Assembly (NCBI GenBank): GCA_018335585.1
Contig: JAGXRZ010000053.1
Coordinates: forward strand, 25,189 to 89,188
From: Selenomonadales bacterium
GTDB lineage: Bacteria > Bacillota > UBA994
Length of the DNA: 64,000 bases
Direction: 5' to 3'
Both the position numbers and the translations under genes were made by a program. The notes below the pieces were generated by a model, which saw nothing but the letters and a program-made list of their open reading frames with translations, made no database searches and was not told the DNA's origin. Each line of letters opens with the position of its first letter. The first letter of the stretch is position 1. Below are positions 20,232 through 31,445 of this stretch, one piece after another.

Positions 20232-21972
20232 TACCACACGGCAGGAAGGCGTTATTGTCAAAGTCTCCGGGCCCTTGGTCATTGCCGCGGGTATGTCACA
20301 TGCGCGCATGTATGACATGGTTATGGTCGGAGAGAAGGGCCTCATCGGTGAGATAATCGAAATGCGCGGCGACAGCGCCTCTATACAAGTCTACGAGGAA
20401 ACAGCCGGCGTAGGCCCGGGCGAGCCTGTAGTCTCGACCGGCTCGCCGCTTTCGGTCGAACTAGGCCCGGGGCTGATGACCTCGATTTACGACGGCATTC
20501 AGCGCCCGCTCAATAAGATTGAAGAGCGCGCCGGCGCGTTTATTACCCGCGGCATTCAGGTGCCGAGCCTAGACCGCGAGAGAAAGTGGGACTTTTCCCC
20601 GGCAGTCGCGGTAGGTGCACAGGTACAGCCGGGCACGGTGCTAGGCACAGTGCGCGAAACCGTACTGGTAACACATAAGGTAATGGTTCCACCGGGACTC
20701 TCCGGCCGCGTGGAATGGATACACAGCGGGCAGGCGACCATTACCGATGACGTGGTTCGCCTAGGAACAGAAAGCGGCCCCGTGTCGCTGACCATGATGC
20801 AGAAGTGGCCGGTACGCAAAGGCAGGCCCTACAGCGCAAAGCGCACGCCCGCAACTCCGCTCACTACCGGTCAGCGCGTTATCGACATGTTCTTTCCCGT
20901 CGCTAAGGGCGGCGTAGCCTGTGTGCCGGGGCCTTTCGGCTCGGGCAAGACCGTTGTGCAGCATCAGCTTGCCAAGTGGGCCGACGCCGATATCGTCGTC
21001 TACGTTGGGTGCGGCGAGCGCGGCAACGAGATGACGGATGTATTGATGGAGTTCCCCGAGCTGCACGACCCCAAGACCGGCGAGCCGCTCATGGAACGCA
21101 CGGTGCTTATCGCCAATACGTCCAATATGCCGGTAGCCGCGCGCGAGGCGTCGATATATACCGGTATAACCATTGCCGAGTACTACCGCGACATGGGTTA
21201 TTCCGTCGCGCTGATGGCCGATTCCACCTCCAGGTGGGCCGAGGCGCTGCGCGAAATGTCCGGCCGTCTTGAGGAAATGCCGGGCGAAGAAGGGTATCCC
21301 GCTTATCTTGGCTCGCGCGTAGCCGAGTTCTACGAGCGTGCCGGCACGGTCGCCAACTTAAACGGTTCGGAAGGCTCGCTTACCGCGATTGGCGCGGTCT
21401 CGCCCCCGGGCGGCGACTTGTCGGAGCCGGTGACGCAGTCGACGCTGCGCATTGTAAAAGTCTTCTGGGGTCTTGACGCGAGGCTGGCAGAGTCCCGCCA
21501 CTTCCCCGCCATTAACTGGCTTTTAAGCTACTCGCTTTACGCCGAACGGCTAGACGAGTTTTTTGCGGCTAATGCCGGCCCGGAGTGGCCGACTTACCGC
21601 CGGGACGCCATGCGCCTGCTGCAAAAGGAATCGGAACTCGAAGAAATCGTGCGCTTAGTCGGTATCGACGCCTTGTCGCCTACGGACAGGTTGGCGTTAG
21701 AGACGGCCAAGTCCATCCGCGAAGACTTCCTGCACCAAAACGCCTTCCACGAAGTAGACACTTACACTTCCTTGCCCAAGCAGTATCGCATTATGCGCTT
21801 AATTCTCACCTTCTACAAGGAAGCACAGGCAGCCATGCAGCGGGGGATGCCGCTAGAGCGCCTGCTAGAGCTCCCGGTCAGGGTAGAGATTGCGCGCTCT
21901 AAGTACCTGCCGGAAACCGAGATTGACCGTTTTGACACCATCGAAGCCCGTATCCGCGAGCAACTAAAGTAA
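20224..21972 (+). CDS. ntpA: V/A-type ATPase catalytic subunit A
   Basis: 582 aa; P-loop GPFGSGKT; the non-homologous insert typical of A subunits. Confidence 0.95.
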   Translation: MANTTRQEGVIVKVSGPLVIAAGMSHARMYDMVMVGEKGLIGEIIEMRGDSASIQVYEETAGVGPGEPVVSTGSPLSVELGPGLMTSIYDGIQRPLNKIEERAGAFITRGIQVPSLDRERKWDFSPAVAVGAQVQPGTVLGTVRETVLVTHKVMVPPGLSGRVEWIHSGQATITDDVVRLGTESGPVSLTMMQKWPVRKGRPYSAKRTPATPLTTGQRVIDMFFPVAKGGVACVPGPFGSGKTVVQHQLAKWADADIVVYVGCGERGNEMTDVLMEFPELHDPKTGEPLMERTVLIANTSNMPVAAREASIYTGITIAEYYRDMGYSVALMADSTSRWAEALREMSGRLEEMPGEEGYPAYLGSRVAEFYERAGTVANLNGSEGSLTAIGAVSPPGGDLSEPVTQSTLRIVKVFWGLDARLAESRHFPAINWLLSYSLYAERLDEFFAANAGPEWPTYRRDAMRLLQKESELEEIVRLVGIDALSPTDRLALETAKSIREDFLHQNAFHEVDTYTSLPKQYRIMRLILTFYKEAQAAMQRGMPLERLLELPVRVEIARSKYLPETEIDRFDTIEARIREQLK

Positions 21973-21986
21973 GGAGGGGAGCAAAA

Positions 21987-23366
21987 ATGCAGAAAGAGTA
22001 CCGCACGATAACTGAGATATCAGGGCCCCTCATGCTTGTCGACAAGGTTGAGGGCGTAAAGTACGAGGAACTAGTCGAGATTGAGCTCCCAAGCGGCGAA
22101 ATTCGCCGCGGCCGCGTGCTCGAGGCTATGCGCGGCAAGGCGCTTGTGCAGATTTTCGAAGGCACCTCAGGCATTAACATGGAGAAGAGCAAAGCGCGCT
22201 TCTTGGGCAAGGTTATCGAGCTGCCTGTATCGACCGATATGCTCGGCCGCGTCTTCGACGGTTTCGGCAACCCCCGCGACAACGGACCGGCCATTATCCC
22301 GGACAAACGCTTAGACATTAACGGCAACCCCATTAATCCGTATGCGCGCGCCTACCCTTCGGAGTTTATCCAGACGGGCATCTCGACGATTGACGGCATG
22401 AACACGCTAGTGCGCGGACAGAAGCTGCCCATCTTCTCGGGCTCGGGCCTCCCGCACGCTAAGCTAGCAGCGCAGATTGCCCGCCAGGCCAAAGTGCTCG
22501 GCAGCGACAGTGAGTTTGCCGTAGTCTTTGCCGCCATGGGTATTACCTTCGAGGAAGCCGACTACTTCACCAGCGACTTCCGCAAGACGGGCGCTATCGA
22601 CCGCGCCGTGCTATTTATTAACCTAGCTAACGACCCGGTTATCGAGCGCATTGCCACGCCGCGTATCGCCCTAACCTGCGCCGAGTACCTCGCCTACGAG
22701 AAGGGCATGCACGTTCTCGTAATTATGACCGACATGACCTACTACGCCGAGGCGTTGCGCGAAATCTCTGCCGCCCGCAAAGAAGTTCCGGGACGCCGCG
22801 GGTACCCCGGGTACCTGTACACCGACCTCTCCACGCTGTACGAGAGAGCGGGACGCATTCAGGGTCGGCCGGGCTCCATTACCCAGATTCCGATTCTCAC
22901 CATGCCGGAAGACGACAAAACGCATCCCATCCCCGACCTTACCGGCTACATTACCGAGGGACAGATTATTCTGGGGCGCGAACTGCATCGCAAGGGCATT
23001 TACCCGCCGGTTGACGTGTTGCCGTCTCTCTCTCGGCTTAAAGACAAGGGTATCGGCACGGGCAAGACGCGCGAGGACCACAGCGGTGTGCTGAATCAGC
23101 TGTTTGCAGCTTACAGCCGCGGTAAAGAAGCAAAAGAACTCGCCATTATTCTCGGTGAAGCCGCGCTCTCAGATGTAGACAAGCGCTTCTCTAAGTTTGC
23201 CGATGAGTTCGAGCAGCGCTTTGTCAACCAAGGTGAGTACGCCGACCGCGACATCGCCGCTACTTTGAATCTTGCCTGGGAACTAATGGCGCTGCTTCCG
23301 GTGACGGAACTTAAGCGTGTACGCGAGGAGCACATCAAGAAGTACCTGCCGGCCGAAGCGAGGTAA
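21987..23366 (+). CDS. ntpB: V/A-type ATPase subunit B
   Basis: 459 aa, B-subunit family; no canonical P-loop. Confidence 0.95.
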   Translation: MQKEYRTITEISGPLMLVDKVEGVKYEELVEIELPSGEIRRGRVLEAMRGKALVQIFEGTSGINMEKSKARFLGKVIELPVSTDMLGRVFDGFGNPRDNGPAIIPDKRLDINGNPINPYARAYPSEFIQTGISTIDGMNTLVRGQKLPIFSGSGLPHAKLAAQIARQAKVLGSDSEFAVVFAAMGITFEEADYFTSDFRKTGAIDRAVLFINLANDPVIERIATPRIALTCAEYLAYEKGMHVLVIMTDMTYYAEALREISAARKEVPGRRGYPGYLYTDLSTLYERAGRIQGRPGSITQIPILTMPEDDKTHPIPDLTGYITEGQIILGRELHRKGIYPPVDVLPSLSRLKDKGIGTGKTREDHSGVLNQLFAAYSRGKEAKELAIILGEAALSDVDKRFSKFADEFEQRFVNQGEYADRDIAATLNLAWELMALLPVTELKRVREEHIKKYLPAEAR

Positions 23367-23371
23367 CAGCG

Positions 23372-23992
23372 GTGAACATTAGAGTCAACCCGACTCGCAT
23401 GGAGCTCCTGCGCCTAAAAAAGCGCGTGCGGGTGGCCAAGCGAGGACACAAACTGCTAAAGGACAAGCGCGATGAACTCATGAAGAGCTTTATGTCGCTC
23501 CTGCGTGATGTCAAGCGCTTGCGCCTAACTGTCGAGCAGAAACTGCGGCTTGGCTATCAAAGCTTCCTGATAGCCCGGGCCGTAATGACGCCGGAGATAC
23601 TCGACGAGGCCATCATGTTCCCCAAGCAGCACGTCGAGCTCTCGGTGACCGAGAAGCGAATGATGTCCGTTACCGCCCCGGTGTTTGGCTTGCGCCAGGA
23701 GGGCGATGTCTACGCCTACGGCATGGCCGGGACTTCGGGCGAGTTAGATATGGCGCTCGGCGTTTTTGCCGAACTTCTGCCGACGCTGATTGAGCTCGCG
23801 GGTATTGAACGTGCGCTTGAGCTCTTGGCAGAGGAAATCGAGCGCACGCGGCGCCGGGTCAACGCCTTGGAGTACGTGCTTATCCCGACGCTAGAGGAAA
23901 CAGTGAAAAGCATCTCTATGAAGCTATCCGAGCAAGAACGCGGCGCCATCTCGCGCCTGATGAAGATTAAGGACGTAGTGCGAGCCAAGTAG
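23372..23992 (+). CDS. ntpD: V/A-type ATPase subunit D (central stalk)
   Basis: 206 aa coiled-coil protein closing the operon; GTG start. Confidence 0.8.
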   Translation: MNIRVNPTRMELLRLKKRVRVAKRGHKLLKDKRDELMKSFMSLLRDVKRLRLTVEQKLRLGYQSFLIARAVMTPEILDEAIMFPKQHVELSVTEKRMMSVTAPVFGLRQEGDVYAYGMAGTSGELDMALGVFAELLPTLIELAGIERALELLAEEIERTRRRVNALEYVLIPTLEETVKSISMKLSEQERGAISRLMKIKDVVRAK

Positions 23993-24037
23993 CAGCGTAC
24001 GCGGACGCCGTAGCCTAACTGCAGAAAAACGGCCTGC

Positions 24038-24078
24038 CGCTGTTTGCATGGTGGCAGGCCTTTCGCGTGTGGTATATT
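24038..24078 (+). terminator. Stem-loop after ntpD (GGCCTGCC...GGCAGGCC followed by TTTCG)
   Basis: aaaaacggcctgccgctgtttgcatggtggcaggcctttcg; the 3' T-tract is short. Confidence 0.4.
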
Positions 24079-24129
24079 GTTCCTTCCCCCCGTCAATAAT
24101 TATCAGCACAGGGGAGGGAATATAAAAAC

Positions 24130-24849
24130 ATGGCGAAAGTAATAGTTGGGCTTCTGGTGATACTGTTAGGTCTGTTAGGGAGCGCGTTGGCGACACAGGT
24201 GTCGGTTCCTAATCTGACGAACTTAGAGCGGGCTTTTGCTGCTACTGGCGCAGCGCGACTTGAGGTCAGCATGAACGGCTGGGCTCTGCTTGCGGCAGGG
24301 GAGAGAACGCCGTCGGAACTTAAGCAGCTACTGCAGACGGCAAGCCAAGCGGCCTTTGCCGGCGTTCCAGCCGAACTGCATTACTCCGAAGAACCGGACA
24401 TGCGCATGGCCTCGCTTGCTTTTACGGCGGGACATCTGCACATAGAGGCCAATATACAGGCTTTGCCCGACGCAACTTATCTGGTGGCGACGGTGCGCTC
24501 CGGCGAGGCTGACGTGGGAGAGCTAGGCCAAGTACTGGCAAGCTTCTTCGCGGCGGCGGACGCTGCGCCTACGGTTACCGCGTGCGTGGTGGGAGTAGTG
24601 CAGGGTCGCCTTTCCCCGCAGACGGCTGAAAGGCTCGTGGGGGCAGTATTGCGGGTTTTGGCTGCGAACATGTTAGACTTCTACAGCGACGGGAGCGTCG
24701 TGAACCTTACAGCTTATAGTCGCATGCTACCCGCCGGGTTAGCCTTTGGAGGGCGAAAAACTAATTTGTCGTTAAGCATGCGCTACAATGAACAAGATGG
24801 CAACACGTGGGTGTGGTTGTCCTGGCCTACTTGTGCGGCCATCATTTGA
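24130..24849 (+). CDS. Secreted hypothetical protein, YwmB-like by position
   Basis: Signal peptide MAKVIVGLLVILLGLLGSALA; sits between the ATPase operon and murA, as ywmB does in Bacillus. Confidence 0.45.
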   Translation: MAKVIVGLLVILLGLLGSALATQVSVPNLTNLERAFAATGAARLEVSMNGWALLAAGERTPSELKQLLQTASQAAFAGVPAELHYSEEPDMRMASLAFTAGHLHIEANIQALPDATYLVATVRSGEADVGELGQVLASFFAAADAAPTVTACVVGVVQGRLSPQTAERLVGAVLRVLAANMLDFYSDGSVVNLTAYSRMLPAGLAFGGRKTNLSLSMRYNEQDGNTWVWLSWPTCAAII

Positions 24850-24909
24850 AGGAGCTTGTGTTCCGGGCATAATAAACTTGTGCCGTACACGGCAGGAAGG
24901 AGGGATATT

Positions 24910-26160
24910 ATGCCAAGTATATTCGTGCGCGGTGGCAACGAACTGCGCGGCCGTGTAGAAATAAGCGGAGCAAAAAACGCCGTACTCCCCATATTGGCGG
25001 CAGCGCTGATGGCACCGAGCGGCGTCACACAACTTGAGTCTGTACCCCGTCTCATGGATGTACTGACCATGGTCGAAGTGCTCGAGCATCTAGGCGTAGA
25101 AGCAGAGTGGCGCGAAGGTGTACTAGAGCTAAATGCCGAGCGGCTCACGGCGAGCGAAGCACCATTTCACTTGGTCAGCAAGATGCGCGCCTCTGTCCTA
25201 ATTATGGGGCCACTCCTTGGGCGCCTAGGGAAAGTTCGGGTGTCACTCCCCGGCGGCTGCGCCATCGGGGCACGTCCGCTCGATTTGCACCTTAAGGGCT
25301 TCAGTCTGCTCGGAGCAGACATTGTCCTAGGGCATGGGTTTATCGAAGCCACAGCCAGACAACTTACCGGCAATACTATTTACCTAGACTTTCCGAGCGT
25401 TGGTGCTACGGAAAACATTATGATGGCCGCCTGCTTCGCGCAAGGAGTAACGACGATTCAGAATGCCGCCGAGGAACCCGAAATAGTCGACCTCGCCTGC
25501 TTTATTAACAGCATGAGCGGCAGGGTCGAGGGAGCCGGGACAGACACTATCGTAGTACACGGACGACGCTCGCTCCATGCGCAGTCTTACCGGGTTATCC
25601 CCGACCGCATCGAAGCAGGAACTTACATGGTGGCGGCAGCAATCACGGGTGGCGAACTTATCCTTGAGAATGTTATCCCAGAGCACGTCATAAGCCTCAC
25701 TGCCAAGCTACGCGAAGCCGGTGTTACCGTCCACAGCTTGCTTGACGGCATGCATGTCAAAGGCAACGGCACTATCGAGCCGGTAGACATTAAGACGCTG
25801 CCGTATCCGGGGTTTCCTACCGACATGCAGCCGCAGATGATGGCCCTTCTAACTCTTGCGCGCGGCACCAGTATGGTCACGGAGACGGTCTTTGAGAACC
25901 GATTTATGCATGTGCCTGAGCTGCGCCGTATGGGAGCCGGTATACGCACCGATGGCCGAAGCGCCGTAGTGAGCGGGGTGCGCGCCTTAAGCGGCGCACC
26001 TGTCACCGCTTCGGACTTGCGCGCCGGAGCCGCCTTAATCCTGGCGGGCCTAGTGGCAGAGGGTGTCACGGAAGTGTGTGGCGTCAGCCACATTGAGCGC
26101 GGCTATGTCGGCATCGTCGAGAAATTAAAGTCTCTCGGCGCGGACATTTGGCTGGAATAG
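24910..26160 (+). CDS. murA: UDP-N-acetylglucosamine 1-carboxyvinyltransferase
   Basis: [28 protein letters not shown]; SD GGAAGGAGG before ATG 24910. The ORF-track entry starts earlier at 24856. Confidence 0.9.
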   Translation: MPSIFVRGGNELRGRVEISGAKNAVLPILAAALMAPSGVTQLESVPRLMDVLTMVEVLEHLGVEAEWREGVLELNAERLTASEAPFHLVSKMRASVLIMGPLLGRLGKVRVSLPGGCAIGARPLDLHLKGFSLLGADIVLGHGFIEATARQLTGNTIYLDFPSVGATENIMMAACFAQGVTTIQNAAEEPEIVDLACFINSMSGRVEGAGTDTIVVHGRRSLHAQSYRVIPDRIEAGTYMVAAAITGGELILENVIPEHVISLTAKLREAGVTVHSLLDGMHVKGNGTIEPVDIKTLPYPGFPTDMQPQMMALLTLARGTSMVTETVFENRFMHVPELRRMGAGIRTDGRSAVVSGVRALSGAPVTASDLRAGAALILAGLVAEGVTEVCGVSHIERGYVGIVEKLKSLGADIWLE

Positions 26161-26324
26161 CTCACAATAGTTTTTCGATTAGGGGGGTGGCTTCTGCCGC
26201 CTCTTTGTCTTCTGTGCTCAACCTCAGGCCACTTAGTTTCACGCGATACTATCATAGGCACGTGATAGTATTGACAACATGCCTATAATATACCAATATG
26301 GGGGTAGAGATGGAGGGAAAGTGA

Positions 26325-26966
26325 ATGATTCATAAGCACCGAGGGGATTTGGGCCAAGTGCCTCTTCTCTTAACGGCGTTTTCCATCATTATGGGCGCGA
26401 TTTATGGATTTAACGTCCCGCGTTTCGGAGATCCTATTTGGGCTACCGTGCCTTGGGGCATCGCTCTGGTGAGTCTGGGCATCATGGTTTTTGCGCTTAG
26501 AACGACTTCGCGTAACGCCTTAAGCCTCGGTCTCCAGTACGTAAGCTTAGGCCTGATAGCAGTGATGCTGATGCCTCCCATAGTGCGATGGTTTGACGGG
26601 CAAGGCTTAGGTGTGCAGGGAGCTACTCCTGTGGCCCATTGGGCGTGGGTAATTCCCCACCTAGTACTGGCACTGCCTTGGGGCATCGCTCTGGTGAGTC
26701 TGGGCGTCATGGTTTTGACGCTTAGAGTGACGTCGCGTAACGCCTTAAGTTTCGGTCTCCAGTACGTAAGCTTAGGTCTGATAGCAGTGATGCAGATCCC
26801 TCCCACAGTGCTATGGTTTGCGTTTGACGGGCAAGGCGTAGGGGAACACGGAGCTACTCCTGTGGGACATTGGGCGTGGGCAGTTCCCCACATAGTCCTA
26901 GCCCTACTAGCCCTGTATACGGGCTACCTCGTGCGCTCGAGGCCTAACGACATTCCGCGAGTCTAA
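26325..26966 (+). CDS. Hypothetical integral membrane protein made of two ~77-aa tandem repeats
   Basis: Repeat 1 and repeat 2 are ~85-90% identical (WGIALVSLG(I/V)MV...TSRNALS(L/F)GLQYVSLGLIAVM...GATPV(A/G)HWAW). The underlying DNA is a ~231-bp tandem duplication. Confidence 0.6.
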   Translation: MIHKHRGDLGQVPLLLTAFSIIMGAIYGFNVPRFGDPIWATVPWGIALVSLGIMVFALRTTSRNALSLGLQYVSLGLIAVMLMPPIVRWFDGQGLGVQGATPVAHWAWVIPHLVLALPWGIALVSLGVMVLTLRVTSRNALSFGLQYVSLGLIAVMQIPPTVLWFAFDGQGVGEHGATPVGHWAWAVPHIVLALLALYTGYLVRSRPNDIPRV

Positions 26967-27013
26967 GTAGGGTTCACTTCGGCATATAGATGTTATGCCG
27001 GAGGTGAAACCGC

Positions 27014-28000
27014 GTGAAAACCCTGTGGCTGATTGCCGCATGTATCATCCTGGCGCTCATCGCAGTGCCCGCGCTCATAGTTTCAGTCTGGGGGTGGCTC
27101 GCGCCACCCCCTCCGCCTGTTGAAAGTCCATATCTAGTCAACGTGCTGCTGACAAGCACAGGGCAGGTAGTAACTATGACTCTGGAGGACTACGTGCAGG
27201 GTGTGGTGGCGGCGGAAATGCCGGCTCTGTTTGCCGAGGCTGCGCTAGAGGCTCAAGCTGTTGCCGCGCGCACCTATGCCGTACGCAGGATGCGGCAGTT
27301 TGGGGGCAACGGGTGCAACCGCCACCCGCAAGCCGACGTGTGCGACGACCCGGCGCACTGCCAAGCTTACTTGCCGCTAGCGGCGCAGAAGCAAAAGTGG
27401 GGCCTGCTAGACTTTGCGGCCAACTACTACAAGATTCGCCGGGCTGTGGAAAGTACGGCGGGTCTGGTCATTACTTATCGTGGGCGCGTTATCGACCCCA
27501 TTTTCCATTCCACCTGCGGCGGACGCACCGAATACGCACACTTAGTTTGGACGAATGAGTATCCTTACTTGGCGAGCGTCGCCTGCAACTTCTGTCAGCA
27601 CTCGCGGCGACTTACGGCAGAGCGACAGCTGACAGTCGCAGAGGTGGCGGAGCTTTTGGCAGCGTGGGACCCTGCCGTGGCTGTAACAGCGCGAGCTCTT
27701 AGGTCACGCACCCCGCCGTTGGCTGTCGTAGAGCGCAGCCAAAGCGGCAGGGTGCTAAGGGTAAGGGTGGGAAACCGCACCATGCCGGGGACAGAGTTCC
27801 GCGCTATATTTGGCCTCGACTCCACGAACTTTGCCTTGGCCATGCAGGGCGAAAGGGTGACGATAACTACCCGCGGCTTTGGTCACGGCGTAGGTATGTG
27901 TCAGTGGGGGGCGGATGGCTTGGCGCGCGAGGGCCGCAACTTTAGAGAAATACTTGCGCATTACTACGGTGGGGTGCAAGTAATCGAGCTGCCACGGTAA
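27014..28000 (+). CDS. spoIID: Stage II sporulation protein D (SpoIID/LytB domain)
   Basis: N-terminal TM segment; SpoIID-domain motifs (VAAEMP...ALEAQAVAARTYA, FHSTCGGRTE); located after murA as in Bacillus and Clostridium. Confidence 0.85.
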   Translation: MKTLWLIAACIILALIAVPALIVSVWGWLAPPPPPVESPYLVNVLLTSTGQVVTMTLEDYVQGVVAAEMPALFAEAALEAQAVAARTYAVRRMRQFGGNGCNRHPQADVCDDPAHCQAYLPLAAQKQKWGLLDFAANYYKIRRAVESTAGLVITYRGRVIDPIFHSTCGGRTEYAHLVWTNEYPYLASVACNFCQHSRRLTAERQLTVAEVAELLAAWDPAVAVTARALRSRTPPLAVVERSQSGRVLRVRVGNRTMPGTEFRAIFGLDSTNFALAMQGERVTITTRGFGHGVGMCQWGADGLAREGRNFREILAHYYGGVQVIELPR

Positions 28001-28058
28001 GCGACGTATAGACTGGTGGTTATTGGCTAACACTTATATTCAGGAGGTGTTAGCTCTT

Positions 28059-28859
28059 ATGAAGTTCATTCTCGCCCGTCTCGCGCGCCTGCGCCTATAC
28101 ACAGTGCTGTTAGTGCATCGCCTGGCCAAGCGGGTACGGGGCGCATCCCCGTCGCGCCTTGTGCGCAGCCGTCGCGCTCTTATCGCCGCCTACATGTTAG
28201 CGATAATCGCCTTAGCGGGGGCCTGGTGGTGGGATAACCCCGAGCGATTCCTCGGGCAACGCCCGCCTTTCACCCCACCCGACCGTCCGGCACCCCCCGT
28301 AGTCAACCCGCCGCTTGGCGACCCTGCTATTCAGCCTGCAGCGGACCCGGCAGGCGAGCAGCCTAAGGGGGCAGAACAAAAGCCGCCTGAACAGCCAGCT
28401 CCGGTAGCTCAGCCGACCACGCCGGCGGTGCCCGCTATAGCCGCGCCCGTGACCGTGAATATAGACACCCTGCACCGACCGGTGGCCGGGGAGATAATCA
28501 AGCAATACGGCTTTCGCTGGTCGGCCACACACCAGGATTTTCGCTACCACCTCGGCATCGGCATTGCCGCCTCCCCGGGCAGCACAATAGTCGCCGCGTA
28601 TGCCGGGCGCATTAAGAGTATCGAGACCAATCATCCCGAGTGGGGGACACTGGTCGTCGTAGACCACGGCGGCGGGTGGCGCACAGAGTACGCAAGTCTT
28701 GCGGCCCCGGCTGTCCGCGTCGGACAAACAGTCACAGCCGGGCAGAAGCTCGGCCAACTCGGCCCCAACCCCCCCGCCCGTAGCGCCGACGCCACTCAAC
28801 TCTACTTCGCCCTCTTTAAAGACGACGAATCGCACGACCCCGCGCCGAAGATGCGTTAA
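28059..28859 (+). CDS. Membrane-anchored LytM/M23-domain protein with a degenerate active site, SpoIIQ-like
   Basis: N-terminal TM segment, Pro-rich linker, then an M23 fold lacking the HxxxD Asp (YHLGIGI) and the HLH motif. This is the SpoIIQ architecture, and the gene is adjacent to spoIID. Confidence 0.55.
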   Translation: MKFILARLARLRLYTVLLVHRLAKRVRGASPSRLVRSRRALIAAYMLAIIALAGAWWWDNPERFLGQRPPFTPPDRPAPPVVNPPLGDPAIQPAADPAGEQPKGAEQKPPEQPAPVAQPTTPAVPAIAAPVTVNIDTLHRPVAGEIIKQYGFRWSATHQDFRYHLGIGIAASPGSTIVAAYAGRIKSIETNHPEWGTLVVVDHGGGWRTEYASLAAPAVRVGQTVTAGQKLGQLGPNPPARSADATQLYFALFKDDESHDPAPKMR

Positions 28860-29139
28860 GAGGGACGGGGAGTGTCGGAGAGGGACGGAGGAGTGCGACA
28901 TCAAAAATGAAATAAACGTGCGACAATTCCTGGGCCTTGTTCTATAGCCCACATGTTCTCCAGCCCACATGCAACCTCCTGGCCTCAAGGGAGGTTGTTC
29001 TCTTTCGCGCAACCAACCCAGCAGCAGGAAACGGGGAAGCTCAAATAGAACAGGTATCAGACGAGCATGCCTATGGCGTTAAGCTGCAAACCGAGCATAC
29101 TATTGCTGCTACAAAATATCGGATAGGGGTGAATCGGCA

Positions 29140-30366
29140 GTGACATCGAGGAACTTTGCTGAACAGAAGCGCGTTATTCGTGAGATTATCAAGGACTTGC
29201 ACCAAGGGCTTTCGCTCGCGGAGGCAAAGCAGAGGATGGAGGACGAGGTTGGCACAATTTCATCGCTAGAAATTGCCGAAGTGGAGCAGTCGCTAATCGA
29301 CGAAGGTATGTCGCCAGACGAGATTAAGCGCTTCTGCAATGTGCATGCCCTGCTGTTTGAGTCGGCTCTGCAAGTGGACTTAACGAACGAAGAAAACCCA
29401 GCGCACCCCGTCAGTCTGCTCAAGCGGGAGAACAGAGAGATTGAGAAACTTACCGCAGCCCTGAGGGAGCTTAGAAAGCAGGCCGAAGCCGGACAAGTCG
29501 CAGGCTTTGTGCGGGAGGCACGCGTTCTGCTCAAGCGAGCGCAAGACCTCGACCTTCATTACACAAAAAAAGAACAGCTCTTGTTCCCTTTCCTCGAGAA
29601 ATATGGCTTTATGGGGCCCTCCAAAGTTATGTGGGGGAAGCACAACGAGATTAGGGATCTGCAAAAGCAGGCCACGGCTGCTCTGGAAGATGTCGATACG
29701 ACTGCGGAGGTCGATGCATTTGTCGCCGAGCGCCTGAACCCGCTTATCGACGAAGTGGACGGCATGATCTTCAAAGAAGAGAACATTCTCTTCCCCGCTG
29801 CGCTAGAAAAGCTTAAGGCCGACGACTGGATTGAGATTCTTAAAGAGAGCGACCAAGTGGGTTACGCCTACATCCGGCCGCACGCAGAGACCACCGAACT
29901 GATCGCCGCGCTTAAAAAAGCCACGGCGGACAAACCGGCAATTGTCGATGGTCAGCTTAGGTTTCCTTCCGGGCTTATCTCGCCTACGGTATTGATGCAT
30001 ATGCTAAACGCCCTGCCAGTGGACCTAACGTTTGTGGATCACGAGGATACAGTACGCTACTTCACCGAGAACAAAGAGCGCATCTTCGTGCGCACCCGCG
30101 CAGTAATCGGGCGCAAGGTGCAGAACTGCCACCCGCCCCAAAGCGTAGACATGGTGGAGAAAATTCTCACTGCGTTTAAAGAGGGCAGCCGCGACAGTGC
30201 GGAATTCTGGCTGACGCTTAAGGGACGCATGCTCTACATCGTCTTCTTCGCTGTCCGCGACGAACGCGGCAAGTACCTAGGCACACTCGAAGTAACGCAA
30301 GACATCACTAAGCTTAGACAACTGACCGGCGAACGGAAGCTGCTTGACGAAGGAGGATATTCCTAA
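29140..30366 (+). CDS. DUF438-family protein with hemerythrin-like cation-binding and PAS-like regions
   Basis: 408 aa; H...E/HHE-like motifs (HNEIRDL, FPFLEKYGF); GTG start. Confidence 0.5.
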   Translation: MTSRNFAEQKRVIREIIKDLHQGLSLAEAKQRMEDEVGTISSLEIAEVEQSLIDEGMSPDEIKRFCNVHALLFESALQVDLTNEENPAHPVSLLKRENREIEKLTAALRELRKQAEAGQVAGFVREARVLLKRAQDLDLHYTKKEQLLFPFLEKYGFMGPSKVMWGKHNEIRDLQKQATAALEDVDTTAEVDAFVAERLNPLIDEVDGMIFKEENILFPAALEKLKADDWIEILKESDQVGYAYIRPHAETTELIAALKKATADKPAIVDGQLRFPSGLISPTVLMHMLNALPVDLTFVDHEDTVRYFTENKERIFVRTRAVIGRKVQNCHPPQSVDMVEKILTAFKEGSRDSAEFWLTLKGRMLYIVFFAVRDERGKYLGTLEVTQDITKLRQLTGERKLLDEGGYS

Positions 30367-31445
30367 CGCCACGCCTTCTCTAGCTCCATCGTCAGCTCCG
30401 CCATTAACGCCGGGACGGTCGTAATTTCACGTATGCGATGCACTTCCGAACCGCAGAAGGCGAAGCCGTCGTGCATCTGCCCTTGCGCGGAGTTAATCAG
30501 GGCGGAGGCAATGCAATAGGGCACTTGGCTGGGGACGCATGGTTTTAGGCAGTTGGTCACGCAGGTGTCTGGCATGCGCTCGCCGCGCGCTACTTCAGCG
30601 AGGAAAGCGCTGCGTATCGCCCGCCCGGGCATACCGACGGGGCTGTCGATAATTACGACGTCTTCGGGCTTTGCTGCGACATAGGCGGCCTTAAACTCGT
30701 CGGGAGCATCGCATTCCTCGGTAGCCACAAAGCGGGTAGACATTTGTGCGCCGCTCGCCCCGAGCCGGAGTATGCGGGCGATGTCGAAGCCCGTGTAAAG
30801 ACCGCCGCCGGCAACTACCGGCACGGCTGCGGCTCGCTCCCCAAGCAACTGCCTAAGCGCTGCCAAAACCTCAGTGAGAATGGTCTCGAGGGAGAATTTG
30901 CCCGAAGTATCGGCTAGCTGTTCGCGCGAGAAGCCAAGGTGTCCTCCGGCTAGCGGCCCCTCCACCACAATCATGTCCGGCAGACGGGCGTGCTTGTTGA
31001 GCCACTGCTTTGTCACCAAGACTGCAGCCCGCGCTGAACTTACAATCGGGGCTATGCATGTACCGGAGCCGGCAACTAAAGCGGGCAGCGACAGCGGCAG
31101 GCCGGCGCCGCTAAAGATTATGTCGGCCTGTGCCGCTACAGCCGCCGCTACCATCTCTTCGTAATCGTTTACGGCTACCATAATGTTGACGCCTACGAGC
31201 CCGCCTAAGGCTATCTCCTTGGCGCGCTGGATATGCCACATTAGAGCTTCCCGGTTAGCCCTAAGCTTGTCTGTAGCGTAAGTGGGCCAACTAAACCCAA
31301 TCTCCACGCCGGAGATTACTCCCACACCCCCTGCCTTAGCTACTGCTCCTGCTAGCCGGGAGAGGGATATGCCGACACCCATGCCACCCTGAACGATAGG
31401 CACGCGCGCCACGTTGTTGCCGAACCTAAGCTCTGGTATTTTCAC
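30363..31445 (-). CDS. NPD-family (nitronate monooxygenase/FabK-like) FMN oxidoreductase, last gene of the fab operon
   Basis: VKIPELRFG...IVQGGMGVGIS; SD AAAGAGGTG 5 nt before GTG 31445. The ORF-track entry extends to 31520. Confidence 0.7.
   Translation of the reverse strand: MKIPELRFGNNVARVPIVQGGMGVGISLSRLAGAVAKAGGVGVISGVEIGFSWPTYATDKLRANREALMWHIQRAKEIALGGLVGVNIMVAVNDYEEMVAAAVAAQADIIFSGAGLPLSLPALVAGSGTCIAPIVSSARAAVLVTKQWLNKHARLPDMIVVEGPLAGGHLGFSREQLADTSGKFSLETILTEVLAALRQLLGERAAAVPVVAGGGLYTGFDIARILRLGASGAQMSTRFVATEECDAPDEFKAAYVAAKPEDVVIIDSPVGMPGRAIRSAFLAEVARGERMPDTCVTNCLKPCVPSQVPYCIASALINSAQGQMHDGFAFCGSEVHRIREITTVPALMAELTMELEKAWR

Noticed and set aside
24080-24125. Imperfect inverted repeat TTCCTTCCCCCC...GGGGAGGGAA upstream of the ywmB-like gene, considered as a riboswitch or operator
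   Set aside because: It is only an approximate complement with an AT-rich loop, and it overlaps a likely SD. I cannot distinguish it from chance purine/pyrimidine tracts.
26402-26893. 163-aa ORF antisense to the duplicated membrane-protein gene
   Set aside because: It is the mirror image of the sense-strand tandem duplication. The sense frame has a proper start and TM periodicity.
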